Assembly (NCBI RefSeq): GCF_001194135.2
Contig: NC_068984.1
Span: 58,397,490 to 58,448,612 of the forward strand
DNA length: 51,123 bases
Reading direction: 5' to 3'
Source: Octopus bimaculoides
Lineage: Eukaryota
Positions within the stretch are counted from its first letter, which is position 1, and every line of letters begins with the position of its first letter. Below are positions 1-10,544 of this stretch, one piece after another. The position numbers and the translations under genes are program-made. A model generated the notes under the pieces. That model searched no databases. It was not told where the DNA came from and worked only from the letters and a program-made list of their open reading frames with translations.

Positions 1-322
1 GATCCAACCTCAGATTTATCATCGCATTGTCTCTCTACTACCTCTGTCAAATGAATCACCAAAATTGGCCTTTCATTATTTATAATTTGTAACTGTTTGT
101 TTGGTTACGAAATAAGATACACAAAAACGTGTTTCTGAATTACGTGTATTTACTTTATATACATATGAGTTGAAAACTTTCTTCTAGCATTCCACTTAAT
201 ATCTATGTTCCATGCTGGCATGGATTGGAGAGTTATTAATGTAGAAATATGGTATCGTAGCTACTAACAGTTGAGGGTTGCGTAGTCTAGACGGCGTTTT
301 TAGATTTCATTATTCTCTTTAA

Positions 323-350
323 CCCGGGCAACGCCGGGTGTTTCTGCTAG
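323..350 (+). mobile_element. Helitron-type 3' terminus
   Basis: GC hairpin CCCGG-GCAACG-CCGGG (323-338), then CTAG at 347-350 followed by T. This is the canonical Helitron 3' end; a near-identical copy lies at 14463-14491. 5' end not located. Confidence 0.7.
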
Positions 351-388
351 TAAACTATAAAATAAATTTTTATTTTCCAAAATGAAAC

Positions 389-832
389 TGTAGGGAAGTG
401 GTTATACACCATTAGGTGTATTCCGATACCGTACATTAAATTTCTTAAGGAAGAAAACGGAACGCAGACTCTAAACTAACAACACAACAATATTTTATTA
501 CAGTAGAATTCTGCTCACACTAGGAGGGAATTCGGTAGCATGTCGCCCTTTGGTTAGATGAGACGCCGTCAATGAAGTTGCGTGGTTAGAAGTCATTTTT
601 CTCCTCTCTGGTTATCTATGTGGCTCCAGTGTTGAGTTGTCGGAGAGCTGCTATTGTGACATCTAGCTTCCACGAAGTTCAGCGAGCAAAGAGAGCGAAA
701 GAAGTGGGAACGCTTGGATATGGATGACTACGCATGCGCATGAGACTATTCCTGTGTTCCTTCCGGAACTAGTCCCTGCGCATGCGTGGATAAACTCTCC
801 AGAAATGGTGACTGATATTAGGCGCCACTACA
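389..832 (-). mobile_element. Solo LTR, family A, inverted relative to the 2670-3059 copy
   Basis: Minus strand reads TGTAGTGGCG...CTTCCCTACA (TGTAG/CTACA termini). Aligns end to end with 2670-3059 plus about 50 bp of extra sequence. No PBS or PPT adjacent. Left flank AAAC recurs at 832-835, off by one base. Confidence 0.7.
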
Positions 833-1099
833 AACAAAATTCACGGTAAGATGGAAAATAATGTTTATTTTTGTATGCTTCCACTTATATTTGAAAAGTT
901 TTCTCCTTCATGTTCGATGTTATTGTTAAAATTAATTTTACGTGAAACTTCTGCTTCTATACTTAATAGAGATAAGGCATTATGAATATTATTTTAGCAA
1001 GTTTAAAGTGATTTCTTTCGTGCTGCAAACTATTTTCATTTCTGTGGTGCCTCCGTCCTTTGATGCCCTAAACACGTGCTTATTTTGTTTAATGGGTTA

Positions 1100-1520
1100 A
1101 TCCAGCGCTGCTAAAACCTCAGACCATGCTGACTGAGCAGGAACCCAGAGTTCAACAGTAGACCTCAAAATAAATTGCATGAAAACTAAATACATGCGGA
1201 CCGAAAATGTATCACAAGGCCGAATAGTGACTGAAAGCTTTAAAATTGAAGCGGTGTAGGAATATGTGTATTTAAGACAGAGATTTGATGTCTACCGAGA
1301 CATGAGCTGAAATTTCGTGAAGTGTAAGAGCAAGAATAGAAGGCATTTGCTTCAATTAAAGATTTACTCAAGCATGGCTGGACAAAGCTCTGCGCACTAA
1401 TCTCTTCAATAACAACGTCCTACATGCGCTCTAATTCCCAAATGAGCCATGCGCTACATCGGTTAGTTACAACAGGTAGAGTCATGAAAAGAGTTATGCT
1501 AGAAATATTATCTCTGAAAC
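1100..1520 (+). mobile_element. RTE-clade LINE remnant (end of RT and downstream region)
   Basis: Degenerate translation DLKINCMKTKYMR...IEAV*EYVYLRQ and LRTNLFNNNVLHAL; same family as 11990-12860. Confidence 0.75.
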
Positions 1521-1911
1521 TGTTGGGAAATTCGGACCCAAATTGAAGAGAAGGGTGCAACCAAAGGAAGAATGGAAGTGCATTGAGACCAGGATATACC
1601 GTATGTACGCGTGTAAAGTCGAATTTTTTAGCCCATTTTTAAGGTCAAATTTATGGGGTCGACTACTACATGGATACTACTTTTGAGGGGCTGAAATTCA
1701 AGCTAGAATCCGAAATGCCATACCAGCAGCAGAAGCCCAACTGATCTCTAAGCGAATAAAAACAAAAACACAATGAATTACAGTGATATTACCAATTCTA
1801 TGCATCAAAACACGCATCCTAATAAATAACAAAACCCATAAGAAAGACCACGTAGCTCTCATGTGCAGTTACCAGTAAATGTCCATAATGTGGTGTATTG
1901 TTAATCTGGAG

Positions 1912-2029
1912 CAGGGATGCTAAAAATATGTTCTGCAATACCTCAGGGTTCCCTGAAAGTTATCAGGGGTCCCACGTTTTTAAAAATAATGTCGAAGGAT
2001 TCTGCGGCAAAAAAGTTTGGGAACCACTG
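1912..2029. mobile_element. hAT/Charlie-like MITE
   Basis: CAGGG...GGGAACCACTG termini; flanks ATCTGGAG and ATCTAGCG match at 6/8, fitting a decayed 8-bp TSD with NTCTAGAN-type preference. Confidence 0.55.
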
Positions 2030-2393
2030 ATCTAGCGATTAACTAGATGTTTTTAGGCTTACCGAAGTCATGTCTCTGTACGAATTCATACAGTGGTGTT
2101 TGCTGTTGTTCGCCGATAGTGCTGTCTATGAAACACGTTTCTCATCATGTAAATAGACGAGCGTATGAAGCATGTGTTTATTGTGTTTGGAGATGAGGAA
2201 AATATAACGGTCGCATGAGAACCACTGATCTAGCGATTAATTGAATGTTTTTTAGGCTTATCAAAGTCATGCCTTTGTACGAATTCAGACAGTAACGTTT
2301 GCCAGTGCTCACCAATAGTGTTGTTTGTGAGACACGTTCCTCTCCATGTAAACAACGAGTGTATGATACATGTGCTTATTGTGCTTTGAGATG
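2021..2393 (+). repeat. Tandem duplication, period 198 bp
   Basis: GAACCACTGATCTAGCGATTAA... begins at 2021 and again at 2219; the copies align over about 175 bp with many substitutions. Confidence 0.85.
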
Positions 2394-2669
2394 TATGCAG
2401 GCTTGCGGCATATCCTGTGCATACATTTTAGTAATGGTAATGTAGCACCCATCACCAGATGTGTAGTGCTCGCCATTAAATGGTGTTTTACTATAAGCAC
2501 CGAGCATTCCATTATAAGCACCAAACATTCCACCTCTAGAACAGGCTACAAAAGGTAGCCACACAATTTTGTAACAGTGTTATTTCTACGTACAGTATAA
2601 TACGGTACCTTGGCTCACAAATGTTGTCCTGTTGTTCGGGAAATACTAGGACCGACTTTTATACGGAGT

Positions 2670-3059
2670 TGTAGTGACGTCTATAGCAGACGCCATTTCC
2701 GGAGAGTTTATCCACGCATGCGCCGGGACTAATTCCGGAAGGAATACAGGAAGAGTCTCATGCGCATGCGTAGTCATCGATATCCAAGCTTTCGCGCTTC
2801 TTTCATCCTCTTTGCTAGCTGACCTTCTAAGAGCCTGGACGTCACAACAGAGCTCTCTCACAACCCAGCACTGGAGCTACACAGAAAACCACGAACTTCA
2901 TTGACGGCGTCTCAGTAACCAAAGGGTGAAGTGCTGCCGAATTCTATTGTAATAAATATTGTTGTGTTGATAGTTTAGAGACTGCGTTCCGTTGTTTCTT
3001 CAAGAAATTTAATGTACGGAAGCGGAGTACACCTAATGGTGTATAACCATTTCCCTACA
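2670..3059 (+). mobile_element. 5' LTR, family A (Gypsy-like)
   Basis: TGTAGTGACG...TTCCCTACA termini; AATAAA at 2951; a PBS follows after a 2-nt spacer. Confidence 0.8.
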
Positions 3060-3061
3060 AC

Positions 3062-3090
3062 TGGTGACCCCAACGTGATTCGAACACGCA
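3062..3090 (+). promoter_or_regulatory. Primer-binding site complementary to the tRNA-Trp 3' end
   Basis: TGGTGACCCCAACGTGATTCGAACACGCA; reverse complement TGCGTGTTCGAATCACGTTGGGGTCACCA matches the metazoan tRNA-Trp T-arm, acceptor strand and CCA as I recall it (about 1 mismatch). Lies 2 nt after the LTR end. Confidence 0.85.
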
Positions 3091-3213
3091 TAGCTTCACT
3101 TAAAATGATGACTAAATCCCAGTATAGGACCAACCGTTCTTTCAGTTTTTTTCACTACAATGTTTTTTTGTTTCGTCTGTTTGTCTTCGACAAACCGACT
3201 GGTGCGAGGCTAG

Positions 3214-4188
3214 TGTAGTGAAACTAACCTCTATCACCATTATATACAAACAAATGCGAGCGTAGTACAAAGCAACTCTTTCCCGCCTGCTGTGTCATCA
3301 CCTGACTGACTATTCTTTGCGCGGTTAAATTATCTCCAGTCCGTTCACCCCAGGACGCAAACCGACCAACCGTAGCCCCTAATAAGGTCACGTGAGAGTG
3401 TTCTTCTGATGCTTCTCTGGAACCTATCTGTATCTATAAATAGCCTGCTAGATACCCGCCAATTCGTCGCGGCTCAGATCTTGTAGGATCTGGTCGTCTG
3501 ACCACACACACGCATAACACAGCACCAACCAACCAGCCAGTTTCCAGCGACGACATCAACAGCTTCGTTCAACTACGACTACCAGCATCGCCGCCAGAGT
3601 CAACATGACTCTACACGTACACAAGCTACCAACAGCTAACCAAACAACCACCGCAGCTTCTCGACCCTGCTTGTGTGATTTGCTCACCACGAAACCAATA
3701 ACCAGAATTCAGCCTGCGAAGAACATCTGTAGAAGCCCCAACATCACGACGAGTGACCGCTCTGCCTTAACCTTAAATTCTTATATACAGACACTTACTA
3801 CTGTGTACTCTAATTAAGAACTGGTAAATTCTAATTCGTGTTACTGACTCTTATCAATACTATGTATCTCTCGCATTCACATACATGTATTACTCGCACA
3901 CACTCTTTTGTTTACATGACGGCCAGTCTTATATTGTGTTTTATTATGTCGCATTCACACACACACAGACATACAGTTTAATGCTCCAATAAATCTTACT
4001 GTTATTCATCTTCATCGGTTGCGTTCCTATCTTGTATCTTACTGGCAAACTTCTTAGTTCTCTATGTTATAGAATTATAACATATTTATCATTTTATATT
4101 TTGTGTCGACCGTGTGACGCGTTTAAAAAAGGAGCCTGTTTTCCATTCGTCACCATTTCTCCTTTTGATTCGCACGGTCGTTCTTACA
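3214..4188 (+). mobile_element. LTR-like element, family B
   Basis: Starts TGTAGTG; TATAAATA near 3436; AATAAA near 3988; probable end TCTTACA at 4188. Patchy similarity to the reverse complement of 7727-8640. Right boundary uncertain (4155-4188). Confidence 0.6.
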
Positions 4189-4340
4189 GAGTCTATGGAA
4201 AATTTTCAATTTTTTGGCCAAGAATGGTGGGGGGTCAACTTTCACATGAGATTGAATCGACTATTACTCGAGTTTTTACGGTAAGTATATATATATATAT
4301 ATTATTAAGGAGGTTATTCACAATTTATAACCGAAAGGCA

Positions 4341-4903
4341 TAGTCGTCATTAAAGTGGCGGAGGGTGATAGTCAGCACCGGCATTGCTAGGAATAAGAGT
4401 CAAACAATTCTTAGCCACGTGAGAGCACTTTTCTAAAGACTAACAAGGGAGACAAGCTCCCTACGGCAAGCCAGATGGAGTCATATCATCAATGATTTCT
4501 GATTTCATTAATCTTCATCAGTGACCCATTACTTCCTCGCTGAGGGTTAAAGAACTTAACTCACCTTGTCAATCTTATAGAGAATACCATAGGAAGCATT
4601 GACTGATTCCGAAAATGGTGAAGTAAGAATTATAAATTATCAAGATGGTTATTCGCAGTTTACACCCGAAGGGTAACAAGTATAGTCATCACTAAAATGA
4701 TGGAGGGTGTTAGTCAGCACCAGCACTGATAGAAATAAGAGCCAAGACAACACTTAGCGACGTGAGAACACCTTTCTAACGACTGAGAAGGGAGACAAGC
4801 TCCTTACGGCAAGGAAGTGCTCTTACGGCTAAGAATTGTTTTGACTCTTATTCCTAGCAATGCCGCTGCTGACTAGATCCGTCCATCACTTTAATGACGG
4901 CTA
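4341..4903. mobile_element. MITE with about 90-bp terminal inverted repeats and an internal third TIR copy
   Basis: TAGTCGTCATTAAAGTG... (4341) is mirrored by ...CACTTTAATGACGGCTA (4815-4903); a diverged direct copy lies at 4683-4812. Terminal TA may be the TSD. Confidence 0.7.
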
Positions 4904-4935
4904 TACTTTTATATATATCTATACATACACATACA

Positions 4936-5095
4936 GGCGTGGTTGTGTGGTAGGACGCTTGCTTCCCAATTGCATGGTTCCGGGTTCAGTCCCACTGGGT
5001 GGCACCTTGGGAAAGTGTCTTCTACTATTGGCTCAGGCTGGCCAAATCTTTGCAAGTAGATTTGATAGACGGAAACTGAAAGAATCCCATCGTAT
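4936..5095 (+). mobile_element. tRNA-derived SINE with (AC)n tail
   Basis: GGCGTGGTTGTGTGGT (A-box-like)...GGTTCAGTCCC (B-box-like)...GGCACCTTGGGAAAGTGTCTT...GGAAACTGAAAGAA; same family at 27787, 35921 and 41366. Confidence 0.85.
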
Positions 5096-5108
5096 ACATA
5101 CATACATG

Positions 5109-5154
<46 letters not shown>

Positions 5155-5158
<4 letters not shown>

Positions 5159-5340
5159 GCGCGGTGAATAAATTGCCATCTAAATTACGCAAAAATGAAA
5201 ATAACACTGACATCTCATTTTAACACATGACTAGGTTCTCCTGCTTGTGTGACATGGTGCAGAGTCCTGTTGCCAAAAAGATTATGTCGGAAGTACAGGA
5301 AATTCTATCCGCCGCCGCTGTACAGTGCACCAGCAACAAA
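5155..5340 (-). mobile_element. Internally deleted Tc1/mariner (maT-like) remnant
   Basis: Minus-strand FWQQDSAPCHTSRRT* (second catalytic Asp motif) next to a TIR-like CAGGGCGCGGTGAATAAATTGCC. Confidence 0.55.
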
Positions 5341-5924
5341 TAGCTTCACCACAATATCAACAGATATATCTCAGCGAACATATTGACTTATGTGCTAAAC
5401 AATTGCAACCACAGTTCTATATATTTCCTCTAAGTGAATCCCAACACAAGTTCGTCTTAATAAAGAAGCCTCATTCATCCAGAAATATGAACCAGAACTG
5501 AACATTAATTCATTTTAGTAACAACCAGCCCTCACTAGTTCAGAACAACAATCAATTCTTCTCTCCACTCTTGAAATATTTGTAAATAACCCCCTAAAAC
5601 TTGTGTATATATCTCACACATCTGTATACATTAAGAATATCAGTCCAAAGACCCTAACAATACTTTGAAAGTAACTTGTAATTTTCAGATAAATTGAAGA
5701 GTTCCATCCCTTGACTGCAAAACTATTGCCAACAACAAAATTGGCGTCCTCATGAGTTAAAACTGAGACTTCGGAAGTTTGATAAGCGTAAGACGCGAAA
5801 CCGGTACGCCCAGTTTATTTTATTATATAATGTTGTAATACAACTCTTTGTTCCATTATGATATTAATATTAGCATACATTTTATTATACAAACCTCCTG
5901 GGCGTTTTTACATATATATTTTTT

Positions 5925-5957
<33 letters not shown>

Positions 5958-6572
5958 NNNNNNNNNNNNNNNNNNNNNNNNNNNNNNNNNNNNNNNNNNN
6001 NNNNNNNNNNNNNNNNNNNNNNNNNNNNNNNNNNNNNNNNNNNNNNNNNNNNNNNNNNNNNNNNNNNNNNNNNNNNNNNNNNNNNNNNNNNNNNNNNNNN
6101 NNNNNNNNNNNNNNNNNNNNNNNNNNNNNNNNNNNNNNNNNNNNNNNNNNNNNNNNNNNNNNNNNNNNNNNNNNNNNNNNNNNNNNNNNNNNNNNNNNNN
6201 NNNNNNNNNNNNNNNNNNNNNNNNNNNNNNNNNNNNNNNNNNNNNNNNNNNNNNNNNNNNNNNNNNNNNNNNNNNNNNNNNNNNNNNNNNNNNNNNNNNN
6301 NNNNNNNNNNNNNNNNNNNNNNNNNNNNNNNNNNNNNNNNNNNNNNNNNNNNNNNNNNNNNNNNNNNNNNNNNNNNNNNNNNNNNNNNNNNNNNNNNNNN
6401 NNNNNNNNNNNNNNNNNNNNNNNNNNNNNNNNNNNNNNNNNNNNNNNNNNNNNNNNNNNNNNNNNNNNNNNNNNNNNNNNNNNNNNNNNNNNNNNNNNNN
6501 NNNNNNNNNNNNNNNNNNNNNNNNNNNNNNNNNNNNNNNNNNNNNNNNNNNNNNNNNNNNNNNNNNNNNNNN

Positions 6573-6813
6573 ACCAATCACTGACAAGTATTCAGTTGTT
6601 TAGATTTACTCCTTTGGCTGATTAAGCGATGTAAAGCGTATTTAATCTCCATACCTTCGTTTTATTTGCTTTTTTCATTTTAAATTTGCTTTAACCCTAA
6701 CCCTAACCCTAACCCTAACCCTAGGGTTAGGGTTAGGGTTAATTGTTTCAGAATCGTTTGTTTATGTAGTCGGCACTTAATGTATATCGGCTGAATGGAC
6801 GTCAGTGATTGGT
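6573..6813. mobile_element. Foldback/MITE-like element enclosing the telomeric palindrome
   Basis: ACCAATCACTGAC (6573-6585) is the exact reverse complement of GTCAGTGATTGGT (6801-6813), with further partial pairing (ATTCAG/CTGAAT). The left end runs into a gap. Confidence 0.55.
6692..6741. repeat. Interstitial telomeric-repeat palindrome (TAACCC)5-TA-(GGGTTA)3
   Basis: Read directly from the sequence. Confidence 0.95.
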
Positions 6814-7490
6814 TGAAATTACAGAAATACGACAACTTTAACATGGAATAATTTATGGATTTCTTTTTTTTTTTAAGAAGACTAAGAGAAAAAGATGTTT
6901 TATATGACACATTCTACCAGTGTTCCAAGTTTCAAAGTGTTTCGTTAATGAAAAATGTGGCCCCCGTTTTAAAAAAGATCCATACATACATACATACATA
7001 GGAATATCAACAGTATAGCTGATGGAAAGCATTTCAGTGGGGTATTCAGCAAATATATGCATGCATTTGTTTGCATTTATATATCTACAAATAGCCACAT
7101 AAGAAACAGAGATTAGAATTCCCCAATAAATATTTTACAATAACGTAATGTTTCCAATCCTAACCTTTCCAAAATATCCGGTTCAGAGTTTCTCAAAAGG
7201 AATCTACTAACACTAACACCAACTCCAATCTCTATTTGACCAATGCTGTGTTGCAGATTGAACAGTATTATATTTAAACATACTTTTGTGAATCCTAAGA
7301 TATCAATAGGTTCAACTTTATATACAAAGAAAATGAATCACAAGAAAAACATCAACCAACATAAATCGTGACTTGAGTACTACATGTCATTTGACTCCAC
7401 TTTTCACACTCACTGAACCCTAAACTATAACAAAATTCACTCTCAAACTAGAATAACTGTCTCTACTGTACCCTTCTCGCATACATTCAT

Positions 7491-7527
<37 letters not shown>

Positions 7528-7726
7528 AATTTAGTAAATGGAGTAAAACGCATATGTTAAATGAATTCTTTTATTTCCAGCATACGTTTCGAAGATTACA
7601 AATTATACCTTTCATAGGATGTAATCTTCTCTTCAGGGAAATGCATGGGAACCAGCTTAACCGTAAGACATTTTAACCGAATAATATAATATAATATATA
7701 TATATATACGACGGGCTTCTTTCAGA

Positions 7727-8640
7727 TGTGAGGTGACGAGAATGGTTCTATAGTACCACATCACACGATCATTACAATAAAGAGAAATTAAATAGTACAA
7801 ATAAATGCCAGATGGAAAGAGACACAACTGCGTAAGAATGATTAAAAGAACAGCTATTGATATGATAACATGTGTGTCTATGTGTGCGTCATGTATACAG
7901 AAAATTGACAGGCCGTCATGAGAACAAAATGTATGTGTGTAGACATAGATGTATTACGTGACTAGTACATTTAAGGATGACAATGAAAGGGTCTATGCCC
8001 ATCGAAGTGAGAAGTAAGTTCATAGACACAAGTAAGATAATAATACCAGTTCGTAGTCAGTCGTACACGGTAGTTGAAATACTGTAGCGAGAAGTCGCAG
8101 TCATGATGCTGCCTGGGTCACTTGTACAGGAGTTTATGCAGGTTGTATATTCGCTGTTGATCTGTAGTGAAATAATTCACGAACAGTGAACTGTTGGAAC
8201 GTAGGTGAATTGCTTGCTGAGATGTGTACGTAGAGAGATGTTGTTGACGACATTAAGAAGGACATGTTGGTGGCGACGAAGGAGGCTATTCGTTGAATGT
8301 CATGGTGACGAAGTTGGTAAGTCTCAACGTAGTTGCTGAGGTAATGTTGTCGCTGGAACTGGATGTGTCTTTGTGGTCAGTGGCTAGACATTAAAAGGTC
8401 TGGAACCAAAGACACCGGAACGAGGAAAAGCCGAGTTTTTATGTGGAGCTGTAGGCTAAAACAGGGTAGTGCACAGGCTGTCCCGCGTGATCCTATTTAG
8501 AGCCTCTGACTGGTTATCCACGGCAAGTTGGCACAACCGAGTAAGAGACAAATTAACAATTGCGCCAATACCAACCAATCAGAGTAATGGACACAACGTG
8601 ATCCAAAATAGCGGCCAAAGGCTAGCTGTTCCCTGCTACA
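7727..8640 (-). mobile_element. Solo LTR-like element related to family B
   Basis: Minus strand TGTAGCAGGG...CGTCACCTCACA; shares blocks such as CCAGTT(T)CCAGCGAC, GAACTGGTA and CATGACGGCC with 3214-4188. No clear TSD. Confidence 0.6.
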
Positions 8641-9404
8641 TTCGAATGCACCTATATATAATAAATGGGAGAGATGAATGTCACCCGAGTCTACGTTACA
8701 CTCATATCTTTTTTATTCCTCTTCCTACACAATCACTTCCACTATCTGCTACACCACACTTTAATCTGCCAAAGGAACAACCTGCCAAAAACTATGTAAG
8801 GCCAGAAAGAACCTAAGTAAGCCATATTCTGATGACAGAAAGGAAGCCAACTGCGGAAATGTAGTAAATTAATTAGAGATATCAGCTATATGGCTGGTTG
8901 TAAATATTCTGGTGTGGCGTTCTGTGCACTAAATATATGAGTTATCACCACAGAGGAAGATCCTGTTGTAGTTGTATTTGAATTATCATGCAGAATACCC
9001 AGCACCCGCAGATATGCTTTCCATCCTCCAAATTCCTAATATTCATATTCAGACTCACTGTTTTCCCTCTATTTTTACATTTTTACATAACTTCGAAGTC
9101 TCGACAACTATATAGAAAATGTTTTGCTGAGAAGTTCTGATAAAACTGTAATTATTTAACCACGCCGCTGATACGTAAATTGGTATAACCTTTTCGGCTG
9201 GGTCCTATTCTGCATCTGGTTTAAATAGAGACTTCTATTGAATTCCGAAAAGTAGCCAATCAGGCATGAAACACATGTCAGGACAGACTCCTTTCTTTTT
9301 CTGTGTACGAGAGAGTAACAAGACGCATTTGCATTTGTTTGTTTTCGAAAGCGTAGGCCTAATAAACTTTAGGCTAGCGGCATTAAATATATTTTACATT
9401 TCGC

Positions 9405-9455
<51 letters not shown>

Positions 9456-9772
9456 CGTTTGTGCGCGCGCGCGTGTACGTGTACATACATACATATCAGA
9501 TCATGGATTAAGAGCGGGAAAAACATCTCACAGTCTCGAGAGAAAATTATCACTTAAACGAACAAGTATAACTCTTGCTTCTGGTGCTTAAGTTACGAAC
9601 CGGAGATTGTTGCTCTTCTTTTGACCTAATTCTGTCAAACCATAGAACACTTGTTGAAGGCTTACCTTTTATTTAGAGATTTTTTCCCCAGATTAACAAG
9701 CCAATTATCAAAGGCACTCCAGCTGAAACTATCCCGTTTTTTTCTCCTTCTTTCAGGAATAATACATACATA

Positions 9773-10430
9773 CAGTTGTTGAACAAGATAACGGAAGCAC
9801 TTTGTTAAATGAAAGTTTTTTTTAAAATAGAGTTGGTGCTTCTTAGACATCAGTCACAGCTTTAATACGTCGAGGAATTGACTTGTGCAGGTTCTGAACG
9901 GTTGTTAGAGGAATTTTTTGACATTCTTCAAGTAAAACCTATTTTAGCTCTTTCAGTAGCGATGGTATATGGGTGCTGCTTCTCACTTACTGATTCAAAA
10001 TACCCCGTAGGTGTTCAATTATTTTCAGATCCGGTGATTGTGGGACCAAACCAAGAGGTCTACTTCACTTTTGTGCTCTTCTTATCAATTTTGAAAAACA
10101 TTAACCGTGTGAATCGGTGGATTATCGTCTTGGAAGATTTCGCTCCCATCAAAGGACAATATTTGTACCTTGGAATAAATATGATCGACCAAGTTACTCA
10201 AATAAATATTAATGTTAATTGTGACATTGTAGAACAACTAATTGGCTGAGAGAATTTCTGTACTATAGCTACTCAAATCATCATAGAGACACCTCCATGC
10301 TGCACAATAGACGGGGTCAAACAGTCAAGATTGAAGGCTTCTTTTGGTTGTCTCCCCTAAAGTAGGAAGAAGGGTTCATCAGTGATGACATTTATTTCAT
10401 TGAGCCATTGACCACTTCTGAAAGTCTCGC
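9773..10430 (-). pseudogene. Tc1-family transposase remnant with 3' TIR
   Basis: Minus-strand RQPKEAFNLDCLTPSIVQHGGVSMMI, IFQDDNPPIHT, PQSPDLKIIEHL and SIPRRIKAV, with stops and frameshifts; TA-CAGTTGTTGAACAAGATAACGGAAGCAC TIR at 9771. Confidence 0.9.
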
Positions 10431-10544
10431 ACTATTTTTTTTTTCTACTTATCATTGTTGATAGGGGATAGAAGAGGTTTGGATGACAAGGCAGGGACTT
10501 ATATGCGTATATGCGTGTGTGTGTTTGTGTATGTGCGCGTGTGT

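Larger units (their letters stand above)
1599..2605. mobile_element. Possible pogo/Tigger-like non-autonomous element
   Basis: TA-CCGTAT at the left and ATACGG-TA at the right; TATAAGCACC motifs inside. The terminal match is only 6 bp. Confidence 0.3.

Noticed and set aside
389-3059. One 2.7-kb DNA transposon with about 400-bp TIRs
   Set aside because: Each arm has its own TGTAG...CTACA termini, the right arm is followed by a PBS, the arms are too divergent, and the interior is unrelated debris.
3062-3090. tRNA-Trp gene
   Set aside because: Only the 3' 29 nt are present, with CCA encoded, directly beside an LTR; this is a PBS.
5750-5810. Hammerhead-ribozyme-like motif (CTCATGAG...GCGAAAC)
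   Set aside because: The core should be CTGATGA, and I could not build convincing stems I and III.
5848-6625. Long ORFs spanning N-runs (also 14737, 16787, 28514, 32695, 35930, 38240, 39769)
   Set aside because: They are open only because N codons are not stops.
6692-6741. Ancient telomere-telomere fusion site
   Set aside because: The order is CCCTAA then TTAGGG, the opposite of a fusion scar, and the tract is short and inside a repeat.
9878-10249. 123-aa plus-strand ORF
   Set aside because: Antisense shadow of the Tc1 transposase remnant.
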